From contig OZ076409.1 in assembly GCA_964187785.1 (NCBI GenBank), positions 55,802,001 through 55,866,000 on the forward strand: DNA of 64,000 nucleotides. Direction: 5' to 3'. The notes beneath the pieces are model-generated. The model searched no databases. It was given only the letters and a program-made list of their open reading frames with translations, and had not been told where the DNA came from. A program made the position numbers and the translations under genes. This stretch comes from Amphiscolops sp. MND2022 (lineage: Eukaryota). This document shows positions 1 through 9,090 of the stretch, piece by piece; the first letter of the stretch is position 1; every line of letters starts with the position of its first letter.

Positions 1-308
1 CATCAAAATCGTATGGCTGGGATGTGAGAAACATAGCCAAATTTAGCCCAAAAATGGCCAAAAAAAAACAGTCATTTTTCGATTTTTTTTCGATTTTCTC
101 AAAAACTGTCCATACGATTCGAACGAAACTTTCTACAGTTATTCTACACCATATTAGAGTCCTATATGTGCAATGGCATCAAAATCGTATGGCTGGGATG
201 TGAGAAACATAGCCAAAACTAGCCCAAAAGTGGTCAAAAAAGGGCCATTTTTCGACTTCAGAAGGAAAAAGACCTAAGCCGACTCCTTTACCGCACATGC
301 GGCTCTGG
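1..308 (+). mobile_element. 3' end of a Helentron/DINE-1 (HINE)-like non-autonomous element with ~176-bp internal tandem repeats
   Basis: The unit catcaaaatcgtatggctgggatgtgagaaacatagcc occurs at 1 and 177. The end reads CCGACTCCT (subterminal IR), then the CCGCA-CA-TGCGG stem-loop, then CTCTGG followed by TT. The same end recurs at ~28705-28733 and, reversed, at ~32180, ~32513 and ~34012. Confidence 0.6.
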
Positions 309-330
309 TTTAATGTATTTTTATTTTCAG

Positions 331-1190
331 TTGGATCCTCAGAACCCGGGGTTGAAGGAAGGAGATGCTTGGCCCGCCCACCCCCAAGATACGTACGGCC
401 TGGAGAAGCTGTGCAGTGAAGAACTGGGCCTGGCTTATAAACGAGACTTCGGCTTTGACTTCCGCTCAGCCCGATTCCACAATGTCTACGGCCCCAGAGG
501 CTGTTGGAATGGGGGCCGCGAAAAGGCGCCCGCTGCCTTCTGCCGAAAAGCAGTTTGTTCTGATGTCGATTTCGAAATGTGGGGAGACGGTAGGTAAACC
601 GAAGGAGCTATTGCGATGAAAAGCCTATATTTCCTTTTCGAAATTTAAATCTATAAAATCAGTAGTTTTCATTTTCTGAGGAGACAATATCGAATGTTTT
701 CTAAGCAATCAATTATCCAACTGGACTTAGCTTTATTTGATATCTGTCACTGAATATTGTTTTTTTTCCAGGTGAGCAAACCAGAAGCTTCGTTTACATC
801 GACGACATAGTAGAGGGTGTAAAAAGGATAATGGACGCCCCTTCTCTGGACGTAGTTCTAAACTTGGGCTCAACTGAGATGATCAGCATGAACAATTTTG
901 CCAAAATGTGCCTGGAATTTGCGGGAAAACCGGGCTTGCCAATCAGACACGTGCCTGGACCCGAAGGAGTCAGAGGGAGGAACAGCGACAACACATTGAT
1001 TAAGGAAAAATTGGGCTGGGAGCCCAGCACTCCCTTGAAAACAGGAATGAAAAAGTTGTTCGACTATGTCAAACAGGCGATGGAAGCTGAAGTTCTTGCT
1101 GGCAAAGTTAAAGACCTGTCTGAATACAAAGTGTCGAAGATTGTCCAGCAAACAACCGATAGTCTCGATGCCATGGTACCTTCTAACTAA
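331..1190 (+). CDS. GME: GDP-mannose 3,5-epimerase-like (extended SDR) gene, last two exons (331-589 and 772-1190); the 5' part lies outside the window
   Basis: The spliced translation gives AWPAHPQDTYGLEKLCSEE (YxxxK), RFHNVYGPRGCWNGGREKAPAAFCRKA, MWGDGEQTRSFVYIDD and PGPEGVRGRNSDNTLIKEKLGWEPS, all typical of GME. There is an acceptor ttttcag at 330 and a phase-1 GT..AG intron at 590-771 that joins the frames. Confidence 0.9.
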
Positions 1191-2696
1191 AAAATGCATT
1201 CCAGAAAAACATCGAAGTCATTTTGACAAAACTATTCCAGAGGTACCGGGAAATTATTTCTGTTTAAAAGCTGAGAAGTGTTACGGTTGTTCCTTGACAA
1301 AATATTCCTAAATCACCTAGCCAAATCCGCATTTTATATACAAATATTTTAAAAGAAGCATTTTGAAGTTTGTTTTTCAATTCAAGTGTTTGGTGTCTCT
1401 TTTTACATTTCAATTTTGCTGTTTGTCAATATTGTATTCTCTGATTCCGAATGGCCTTCATTGTTTGAATTGATTTAATACATTATCTGCACCCGTTAAT
1501 TAGTTTCTTTAGCACCAATGATTTTCGTAGTTCGAAGATTTTTCATCACTCCATGGTCATGTACCATGTTGAGCACTCCCTGCGAATCTGTGCAGATATG
1601 TACAGATCCTGACAGACATTCCAGGATTTGTCAAAAATTAACTATACGAAAATGACCGATACTATAACGTATTTCGAGCTAGCAGCAATTACAAAAACTA
1701 CTCCGGCAAACTATGTTCCCGGAATATTACAACAACAGCACTTTATCAACACCTCTACCAACCCAGAAGACCGCAGCGTGTCTAATTTAATCCGCCAAAA
1801 CGATGTCAATGTGGCAACCGGGCCTCTCAAAGTTAAAAATTTCTTCTGAACAGTTCAAGTGAAATGGATGAATTACCGTGTATAACCGAACAATACCGAA
1901 CATTCTCTAGTCACTGAAATTGCCATGATGGTGACTAATTTTCCTGCTCGAGCGTTTTGTGTGATGGAGAGTTTCACGTGACTGAGCCTTGATCAGCGAA
2001 AATCATTGGGAAAGTAGTTGAAAAAGCAAAAGAATGCATTGCTTAGAAAGTCCCGAAAAATTTCTCTAAAAATTTACCTAAGAAAATCTTTGAAAATCTG
2101 TACAGTGGCACGATCCTTACAGATCCTCCAGGAAAGAAGACTCACAGATCTGTACAGATTCTGAAGGAAAGCTTCCTCAGGAAAGATTTTGAAGGATGGG
2201 ATTCCAGTTTGATGTTTTCATGTGTGTACTAAAATAACAGTTGGTATAATTTCTTTGCAGTGTAGATGTTTTTGAAAGTTTCTAGCGGGTTTTTTCACGT
2301 ATCAGGAAAATTTTGTCGATCAAAGCAGCACTTGTTTGGAACACTTTGCCACTTTGCACGAGAAAAAGAGGATTTTATTTATTCAACTCATGTCGAATAA
2401 CATTGCTGGAATTTCAGCGAACTTTTGTTGTGAAGTTTAATGCCCGGAATTACATTGAACCATTTTTCGGTTCGCCGGACTCCTGCACTGAAAGTTCATT
2501 CAATTACAATGTCGGAACGAAAAACAGCTTCTTTTGAAAATAGTGTAAAGATGTCTTTTTCGCCAGCAACGTACGACAAACTTAGTTTTTCGAAACAGCA
2601 TTCTATCTGTTTCTTGGAGAATGAGTTAGCTTCGAATTTTCAAAGAAATTGTAACATTAATTTGAGGTGCTTTTACGACTTTTTAAATATACTATG

Positions 2697-3016
2697 TGTT
2701 TTAAAGTAGCTCGAGTGGTTTTCTAGGCGAAAGCGTTTAGGTTCAATTCATTTATTGATATTCTATTTCACACAATGACAAATAATGGATGAACATTGAT
2801 TTATATTAGAGGAGAAATAATTCAACCTTTTTCCATTCCCGTTTTCTCTCTCATCAGTAGGTTTCCTTCTCTCTCTCCAGAATATTGTTCCCGTCTCCCT
2901 TTTGTTGGGTATTTCCATTTTTCTCGAATTTTCTTTTTTGTCCAATCATGTTTGAGAATACCATTCCTTCTGAATATCTTCATCCTAAAATAATACAAGT
3001 CATGATGAATATCACA
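2697..3016 (-). repeat. 3' LTR (320 bp)
   Basis: Runs tgttttaaagtagc...gaatatcaca. By eye it matches 16655-16975 except for about 2 substitutions and 1 indel. Confidence 0.96.
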
Positions 3017-3657
3017 GTCGGGCACTTTTTTGAAAAAGCGGTACCATCTAGCGAATTTGAACCATTTTTTTTGGCAAAAGTTTTGAATCGTGCCACAGTC
3101 CACCTGGAAGTCATGGGAGCATGCATATGTTTTTTTAGAGTATTTTTTTTTCGAGATTTTGGTTTCGGTCAAAGATTTTTCAACTAGGTGAAATCCTTTC
3201 AGCACAATTGGCTTCATTCAGTCGAAAGGAAAATCTCATTTTTTTTGTTTTCCAAAAGCTTTTAAGTCATTTGAATGTACTTTGAATAATGAGATGTGAA
3301 GATTCACTAATGGGTTTTCGTTTTTAAAGTAATGATTTCTTTCAATTTTCTTCCTTCTTCGATCAACTTTGCTGATTTCAGTCAATTTCGGTAATGGGTT
3401 TTCTGAATAGAAATTTGAATAGAAATGCAGATAAGAAGATTTGTTTGAGGGCATTGGCTCCAGTAATTGGTTTTTGAATAATTGAAGTTGGGTTTTTGGG
3501 ATTGTTTGAGGACTCACTCTGTTCGGATGAAGGGATAAGCAATTTTCTTCGCTAATGGAATTTTGCTCTTACGAATATGACCTCTTGTTTGTTTTCCAGT
3601 CATGAACCCAATAATGGGCAAAGTTTATAGGGGGTATGGAGATTTTCAGAACACGCA

Positions 3658-3921
3658 ATGCTGAAAGTTTTGCTGATGTTGGTTTTCTGTTGTGTGGCGT
3701 TTGCTTGCGTGAAAGTCAAGGTTGACACTGAGGGTCGTTTGGAAGCCATATGTTGCCCAAATGGAACGTTTCTCCTCAGGGACGGTGTTCGAACCTCCTA
3801 TGTTGAAGGATGGGGCTCTTTGTGCCCGCCAGTCACAACTGCTGAAGTTGAAGCGGGCAGCGATGTTGCCAAAGCAGGCCGGCTTGTCGCCCTAGTTTTG
3901 CTGAAGGCCTTGCTTCAATGA
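3658..3921 (+). CDS. Antisense accessory ORF, 87-aa putative secreted or surface peptide inside the retroelement
   Basis: ATG start and signal-peptide-like N-terminus MLKVLLMLVFCCVAFA. Further Cys residues, an NGT sequon and a hydrophobic C-terminus. TATA-like tttatag ~30 bp upstream (~3624-3630) and AATAAA at 4080-4085. Confidence 0.5.
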   Translation: MLKVLLMLVFCCVAFACVKVKVDTEGRLEAICCPNGTFLLRDGVRTSYVEGWGSLCPPVTTAEVEAGSDVAKAGRLVALVLLKALLQ

Positions 3922-4144
3922 AGTCGACCTCGAATTGGCCAGAACAAGATTCAAAATGATGCGGTTGTCAACGAACATCATTTTCTTGTTTAGTTTAGAT
4001 GACTAGTTTAGTTGATTTTGTCGCTTACATTTTCTTGTTTGTATCACTGTATGTTGAGTTCACGTGAAGTTGAGTGAGTAATAAAGGCCTAGCGCAATTG
4101 GAATAGTTATTGCTACAGCCCTGTACAAGCTTTTCAGGATATGA

Positions 4145-5521
4145 ATGCATACTGCCGCGCACTGCATTGCATTAATCCAAACTGCTTTAACAATGACTAG
4201 TACGTATTGTATTGCTGATGCTGCTTCCCGCGACTACAGGGCCCACCGCGATGAAGTTAATTTCAAGTAAGTTGTTCATTTCTTTTCGAGTTTTGGGAAA
4301 CTTCTAGGATGAAATTCAAAAATATGGCTCCATAGCATTAAAGAATTTTGTTCGGAGATTAATGTGAACTAATTTTCAAAGTCATATGTAGAGTCAGATT
4401 GAAGGGCGTTCACTTTGAAAGTTGAGAAGTTGATCATTTTGTTCTGTTCTTACAGCGTTACTGACGCATCACAGTTGTCGGAAAAGGATGCTGCGTTGCA
4501 TAATTCTAATCAAAAACGCATTGAAGACATTTGGGAGTTTTTACGCGAGGGTTCTGCTATGTTCCGTCTGGGCGTTCCCTCTTTTGACATTGTCACGTTG
4601 CAAGAAGGGGAAGAATTACCATGTTTCCCAAGTGCTCCAACGAAGGTGATCGGAGGGAATGTTATTCAGCCTTCGCCGGATCTTGAAAAATTATCGAAAG
4701 AAAAGAATCTCACCCGACGGAAGTTTCTGAACAGGGTTATTGTAGAAGAAGACAATGGAGAGCGAGCGTGCCCTGTGCTGCCTGGTTCGACCATCTTCCT
4801 TGAATGTTACCTGCCCGCTGGAAAGGAGATGTTCAAGTACCAGAAATTCGGAGGGTCGCAGGAAAGACGTTTCACTGCAACAAGAGGCTGGTGGTATACT
4901 GCGTCCCATTTCGAACCAGCAATGGGTGAGAGTGTGAGTCAACTGTTGTGTTCCGGTGATGGTCAAAAGGTTCGGTATTGGTAATTCTAAAAAGAGCAAA
5001 CACAACCAACAGGTCAGTACAAGAAATTTTATTGGTTTTTTTTTCTTTAGTTTTGGTTAACCACCAATTGTGAGAGGACTGCCCGTCTCGCGTTGAACGC
5101 CTTCACCACTCTCAATTCTTTTCTGGATTTCCTCTCAAGTGAACCCCAGAGATGGTACAAAGGGTTCCGCTGGTGCCTGCAGAGACCCGGAGAGACTGTG
5201 TTGCTGCCTGCTGGGTCGGTTCATCTGGTTGTAACAAGGCCCCCCGGTGGCGATCAAAGCTGCTGGACCTTTCTGCCTGGATACATCGGCTGGATTGAGG
5301 GTGTCGACCGGGAACGATTAATGCGTTCCATGCGCTGTGATTTCCGCAGAGGCTTCGAAAAGACTCCTGAAGAGATGGCAAAGTTGAAAGGGAACCACTG
5401 GGGGAAGTTTCAGGAGCTAGGTTTGGGAGCAAGCGGAACTGGAACTGCTCAACCCATCAACAGCAGTAAAAAATCGAAGAAAAGGAAGCGTTGTAACGGG
5501 CGGTTCGTGAAATCAGACTAA
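4145..5521 (+). CDS. Antisense spliced JmjC-domain protein (predicted exons 4145-4266, 4456-4969, 5051-5521; 368 aa), putative Fe(II)/2OG oxygenase or histone demethylase
   Basis: Introns 4267-4455 (gtaagt...ttacag, phase 2) and 4970-5050 (gttcgg...ctttag, phase 0) give one open frame. Motifs are WYTASHFE (H-x-E at 4907-4915), GQK|FWL and LQRPGETVLLPAGSVHLVVT (distal His at 5222-5224), with C-terminal KKSKKRKR. An alternative in-frame ATG lies at 4193. Confidence 0.8.
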
Positions 5522-5595
5522 GTATACATTTTTTTTTGAATTTCATGTATTTTTTTTTGTTTTCTTCCTGCATGCAAAGTGGACCGTGAATGAAG

Positions 5596-7851
5596 TTAGA
5601 GCTCAGTGGCCTCTTGATCATGTTTTCTCAGCCTCGATAAATACTGCCTCAGGAATGTATATGTTGACTTTTTGTCGGCTGTTTCATTGAAATCGGATTG
5701 AATTTCCAAGGGTACGACCAATGCACATTTATGTAATGGGTGCTCAGGATGTGCTTGGAGAAATTCATAGTCTTCAGGTTTGACTACAGATACCGGCAAA
5801 GTTTTGATTTTACGCCCCTCGTGTAATGTTCGAAAAGGAAATCTTTTGTGTATTTTAATCCATTTATGAATAAGATGCGAATAGCCCCAATGAAGTGCGA
5901 TGCTAATAACGAAAGACAATAACCCAAAACACAAAGACCATTTCCAGGGAATGTACTGCCCAAATTTTGCGTCAAATTCTGGCTTCATGTGGCGTAACTT
6001 TGAAACAATAGGTGCAGCCAGTTTATGTAAAGCTTCCCGATCCGGTGCAGAAGTTTCCAGGAATTGAAATTTCGGTTGAATGTCATCAAAGACTTGCTGT
6101 TGCGCTTCCGCGATTGAACTGAAATGTGGTAATTCTTCCAATGGAGGAATCAGTTCGAAAATGTTTGCTAAAGGATCAGGTAAGGTTACGTCCAAACGAA
6201 TACTTGGTAATAACGCACAAGCTGATAAGTCCGATCGTAGTCTGATGTTATCTCCTGCCAGTTGTCGCCCGCATGCCAAGGTTAAGATGCAAACCCTGCA
6301 ACCAGGGTGCTCGATTCTTTCCAACGGATTGCTGCCATTGCTGGCGGTTTCCACCAACTTGTAATTCGAAGAAGCTGCCATTATGAGCCAACGTCCAAAG
6401 CCGATGTTTTGCGCTTTTTCTGCCCTTGGTAGTTGAATAATATCCATCTTGCACCGTTCGATTGCCATCATGTGGTCACTGTGAAAAAACAAAGTGGCCA
6501 GACATGAATGCTTTGACGTGTCGGTAGGAATAGCCTTGGTGCAAATTGAATACCTTGTTGAACCAATGCACAAATCAAGATCTTCGTCGTTGATGAGAGC
6601 AAGTTCCTGATTATCCATCGAAATGGCTAGGTATTTTGCCTCGGGTCTCCAAAGGAACGCTCTCCCCGACTGTCCATCTGGCATCGGTATTGGTATCGCG
6701 TGTAAAACATTTAGCACGGTAGTTCTCGAAGCCATTGGGATCGCAAGTGTAAGCATTAAACCAGCCTTTGTAGGTACAACATTCGTTACAAGTTTTGATT
6801 CGTAATATGAAAGAATTTCCTGTGGTGGTATAGCCAAAGTTAGGCGATCAGCATTTCCGGATTCTCCAAGATGAATAGTGGTCAGAATATGTCTCAATTG
6901 TTCTCGAGGAACCAAAGAAATGGGCAAATAATGGTTGATGAGCGGTGCGAGAGCATTTAAGATGTTGATTCGAAAAGCATATAGGGCTGCCCGGTAACTT
7001 TTAATGTTGGTGTATAAGGTTTGAAAAATACTTTGTAAAATGATTGAATGATGTCCGGTCTGCTGTCGAGTGTAGAGATATTGTAAACAATTTCGCATTT
7101 CGTTGGTATTGTTGCGAATGATAGCGAACTGTTTCGATGCTGCCTCCCAGTTTTTGTTTTGAGTGTCAATAATGACCTGTTGTTTTGCTCGAACATCACG
7201 TAACTCCCCTGAGACCATGAAAAATTTATCATTTTGCTCACTTGTTATAGTTTTGATTTCATCAGTGATGATGTTCACGTACTGATATGCCGCTTCAATG
7301 TTCTTCTGATTTTGTTTGATCCTGCCATCGTCGCATCCACCAAATACTGTCTTCAGTACACAAACAACCTTTGAGCCGGCAATGCCCACGCCTAAAACTG
7401 CAGCGGCTCCAGCCAATATTGCAGGTAAACCCCTCGTCTGCCTATGTAGTTGGGCAGAGTCAGTCCCCGAGTGTCTCAACAGGCTCCCAATTTCGTCAAT
7501 TAGATATTTTATATCGCCCTGTGCTTCCTTGTTTTGCTGTAATACCTCATTGGCGATCCATCTTAGACCAGAAGAGTGGTCCTCGAGATTGGTGAAGTTC
7601 AACGGACAGCCGTAGTTTTTATATGTCCATAATTTTTCGATTTCGTTCGAAAGGTCCATGTAGCGCTGTTCTATGACAGCTTCGTATGAAGGAAAAGGAA
7701 CCAAGATGTCGATTTTCACAAATTTTTCGGTGAGCAATATTTGTTGTTTCAAATTGAAGATGACACCCTGTTTCGTTTCGGCGGTCTGGGAGTTAGTACA
7801 GGCAGTTGGGAGTGTTTGTAGGATGAGAAGGGCTGTAATTATAAAAGTCAT
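5596..7851 (-). CDS. env: Envelope glycoprotein, class I fusion (F-like) protein, 751 aa
   Basis: Signal peptide MTFIITALLILQTLPTAC. R-x-x-R site RQTR (7432-7443) directly followed by the fusion-peptide-like GLPAILAGAAAVLGVGIAG. Heptad-like helical region, Cys-rich ectodomain and a C-terminal TM segment WSLCFGLLSFVISIALHWGY. Lies downstream of pol between the LTRs. Confidence 0.88.
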   Translation of the reverse strand: MTFIITALLILQTLPTACTNSQTAETKQGVIFNLKQQILLTEKFVKIDILVPFPSYEAVIEQRYMDLSNEIEKLWTYKNYGCPLNFTNLEDHSSGLRWIANEVLQQNKEAQGDIKYLIDEIGSLLRHSGTDSAQLHRQTRGLPAILAGAAAVLGVGIAGSKVVCVLKTVFGGCDDGRIKQNQKNIEAAYQYVNIITDEIKTITSEQNDKFFMVSGELRDVRAKQQVIIDTQNKNWEAASKQFAIIRNNTNEMRNCLQYLYTRQQTGHHSIILQSIFQTLYTNIKSYRAALYAFRINILNALAPLINHYLPISLVPREQLRHILTTIHLGESGNADRLTLAIPPQEILSYYESKLVTNVVPTKAGLMLTLAIPMASRTTVLNVLHAIPIPMPDGQSGRAFLWRPEAKYLAISMDNQELALINDEDLDLCIGSTRYSICTKAIPTDTSKHSCLATLFFHSDHMMAIERCKMDIIQLPRAEKAQNIGFGRWLIMAASSNYKLVETASNGSNPLERIEHPGCRVCILTLACGRQLAGDNIRLRSDLSACALLPSIRLDVTLPDPLANIFELIPPLEELPHFSSIAEAQQQVFDDIQPKFQFLETSAPDREALHKLAAPIVSKLRHMKPEFDAKFGQYIPWKWSLCFGLLSFVISIALHWGYSHLIHKWIKIHKRFPFRTLHEGRKIKTLPVSVVKPEDYEFLQAHPEHPLHKCALVVPLEIQSDFNETADKKSTYTFLRQYLSRLRKHDQEATEL

Positions 7852-7899
7852 TTTGAATTTTTTTTGTGAAATTTATTTCGAGGCTTACTATTCTTTCGT

Positions 7900-8274
7900 C
7901 TAGCCAGGGATGCCGCGGCAGGGCGGGGTGGGCACTCGTTCGTTTTGTTCAGAGCCAGATTGTGCAGCGCGGATGAAATTGGTTGGGGCTTTATACATTT
8001 TCATGAGCTCGGACTTAACAGTTTGGAAGCGGACTTCATCCCACATGTTGAAGGCTGGCTTGCGGAAGTTATTTGAATGCAGATACAAAGTGAATTCAAT
8101 CCATCTGGGGCTCATATATTCAAAGTTTACTACTTGGTTGTTATGTAATGTTAGTTCGAGGTTTCGGTTCAGCAGGCGAATACTTTTGATGGCATATACG
8201 GTGTCGTTATAAAGACAATTCCAGTTCATTGGCAAAGGGGTTTTGGTTAGAGGCATTTCAAAAGGTGTCAACAT
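7900..8274 (-). CDS. Orphan accessory ORF (~124 aa) between pol and env
   Basis: Open frame from ATG 8274 (MLTPFEMPL...) ending 48 bp before the env ATG. Protein-like composition within an AT-rich spacer; no recognisable domain. Confidence 0.45.
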   Translation of the reverse strand: MLTPFEMPLTKTPLPMNWNCLYNDTVYAIKSIRLLNRNLELTLHNNQVVNFEYMSPRWIEFTLYLHSNNFRKPAFNMWDEVRFQTVKSELMKMYKAPTNFIRAAQSGSEQNERVPTPPCRGIPG

Positions 8275-8679
8275 AAACAAAGAATAAATACAATGAATAT
8301 TTGTTTTTTAATTAATTCGATTAAATGAAGAATTGTGTGAATTTTGAGTAAATTTAAGCGGTAAAAGAATTATGAGTTAACTAGTTGAAATGAAGATGTG
8401 GTTATTTGCAACAAATTGTAAGTTAATGAGTAGGTTAATAGAAGTTATGAAATAACACTAAGTAAAAGAAGTGAATTGTTATTAAGTGTAATGAATAATA
8501 AGTTGAATTAAAAACGAATAATTTTAATGAAATGTGGTTGATAATGTACGTGAAATAAATAGGTAAAAGATTTGAAAATTTGGAGTTCAGAATGCAAGAG
8601 TCAAGTTTGTTGTTCGTGTAGAAGCAAGAAGTTCGTTGAATGAAGCGAATTTTTATTATTTTTTTTGTTCATCGAATTT

Positions 8680-9075
8680 GAGCCAATCAAAGCGCAGTAT
8701 TCATCTTAGCCAATAAGCAAGTACTGCAGCCAATTGTTAAGAGCTTGATTTCAGCTTCAATTGCCGGGAGCCAGTGAAAATGCCTTATTGGGCGTGATTT
8801 ATTCGGAATTTCGGTAACCAAAGCGAGGAGGGCGCACGATTGATTAAGCAGCAATGACATAAGATTGCATCCAATCGCTTTCACGACCAAACGACCCAAT
8901 GGATATATTCTAAGTCGTGTTTTTTTTTCAGCAAAATGAAGACTAAACACAGAGCACGATTGATTAATGAAGCAATGATTGGATAAAGCTCTCAATCGCC
9001 TAAGCAACTGTAAGAATGGTTTCATTTACTTTGCGCGTTTAACATGAGTGCATTGAGCAATTGATTAAGGACACA
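8680..9075. promoter_or_regulatory. Putative internal promoter/enhancer in the pol-env spacer
   Basis: Cluster of CCAAT/ATTGG boxes (AGCCAAT at ~8681, ~8709 and ~8728, with more at ~8787, ~8871, ~8897 and ~8978). Three copies of GCA(CG/)ATTGATTAA at ~8834, ~8954 and ~9057. Confidence 0.35.
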
Positions 9076-9090
9076 ATGTAATATAATGAC

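Noticed and set aside
1575..2200. Region with repeated gatctgtacagat motifs, possible MITE
   Set aside because: I could not define matching termini or a TSD.
2763..3217. ORFs overlapping the LTR (also 16844-17059)
   Set aside because: They are chance frames through LTR sequence and diverge at the LTR boundary.
3236..3603. Lys-rich minus-strand ORFs near the 3' LTR as another accessory gene
   Set aside because: The 93-aa frame starts at GTG, the upstream ATG frame stops early, the composition is low-complexity and there are no motifs.
4981..4986. Stronger-looking donor TG|gtaatt for the second JmjC intron
   Set aside because: Joined to the acceptor at 5050 it gives TGT TTT GGT TAA, a stop. 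The donor at 4970 keeps the frame and restores the K-FWL motif.
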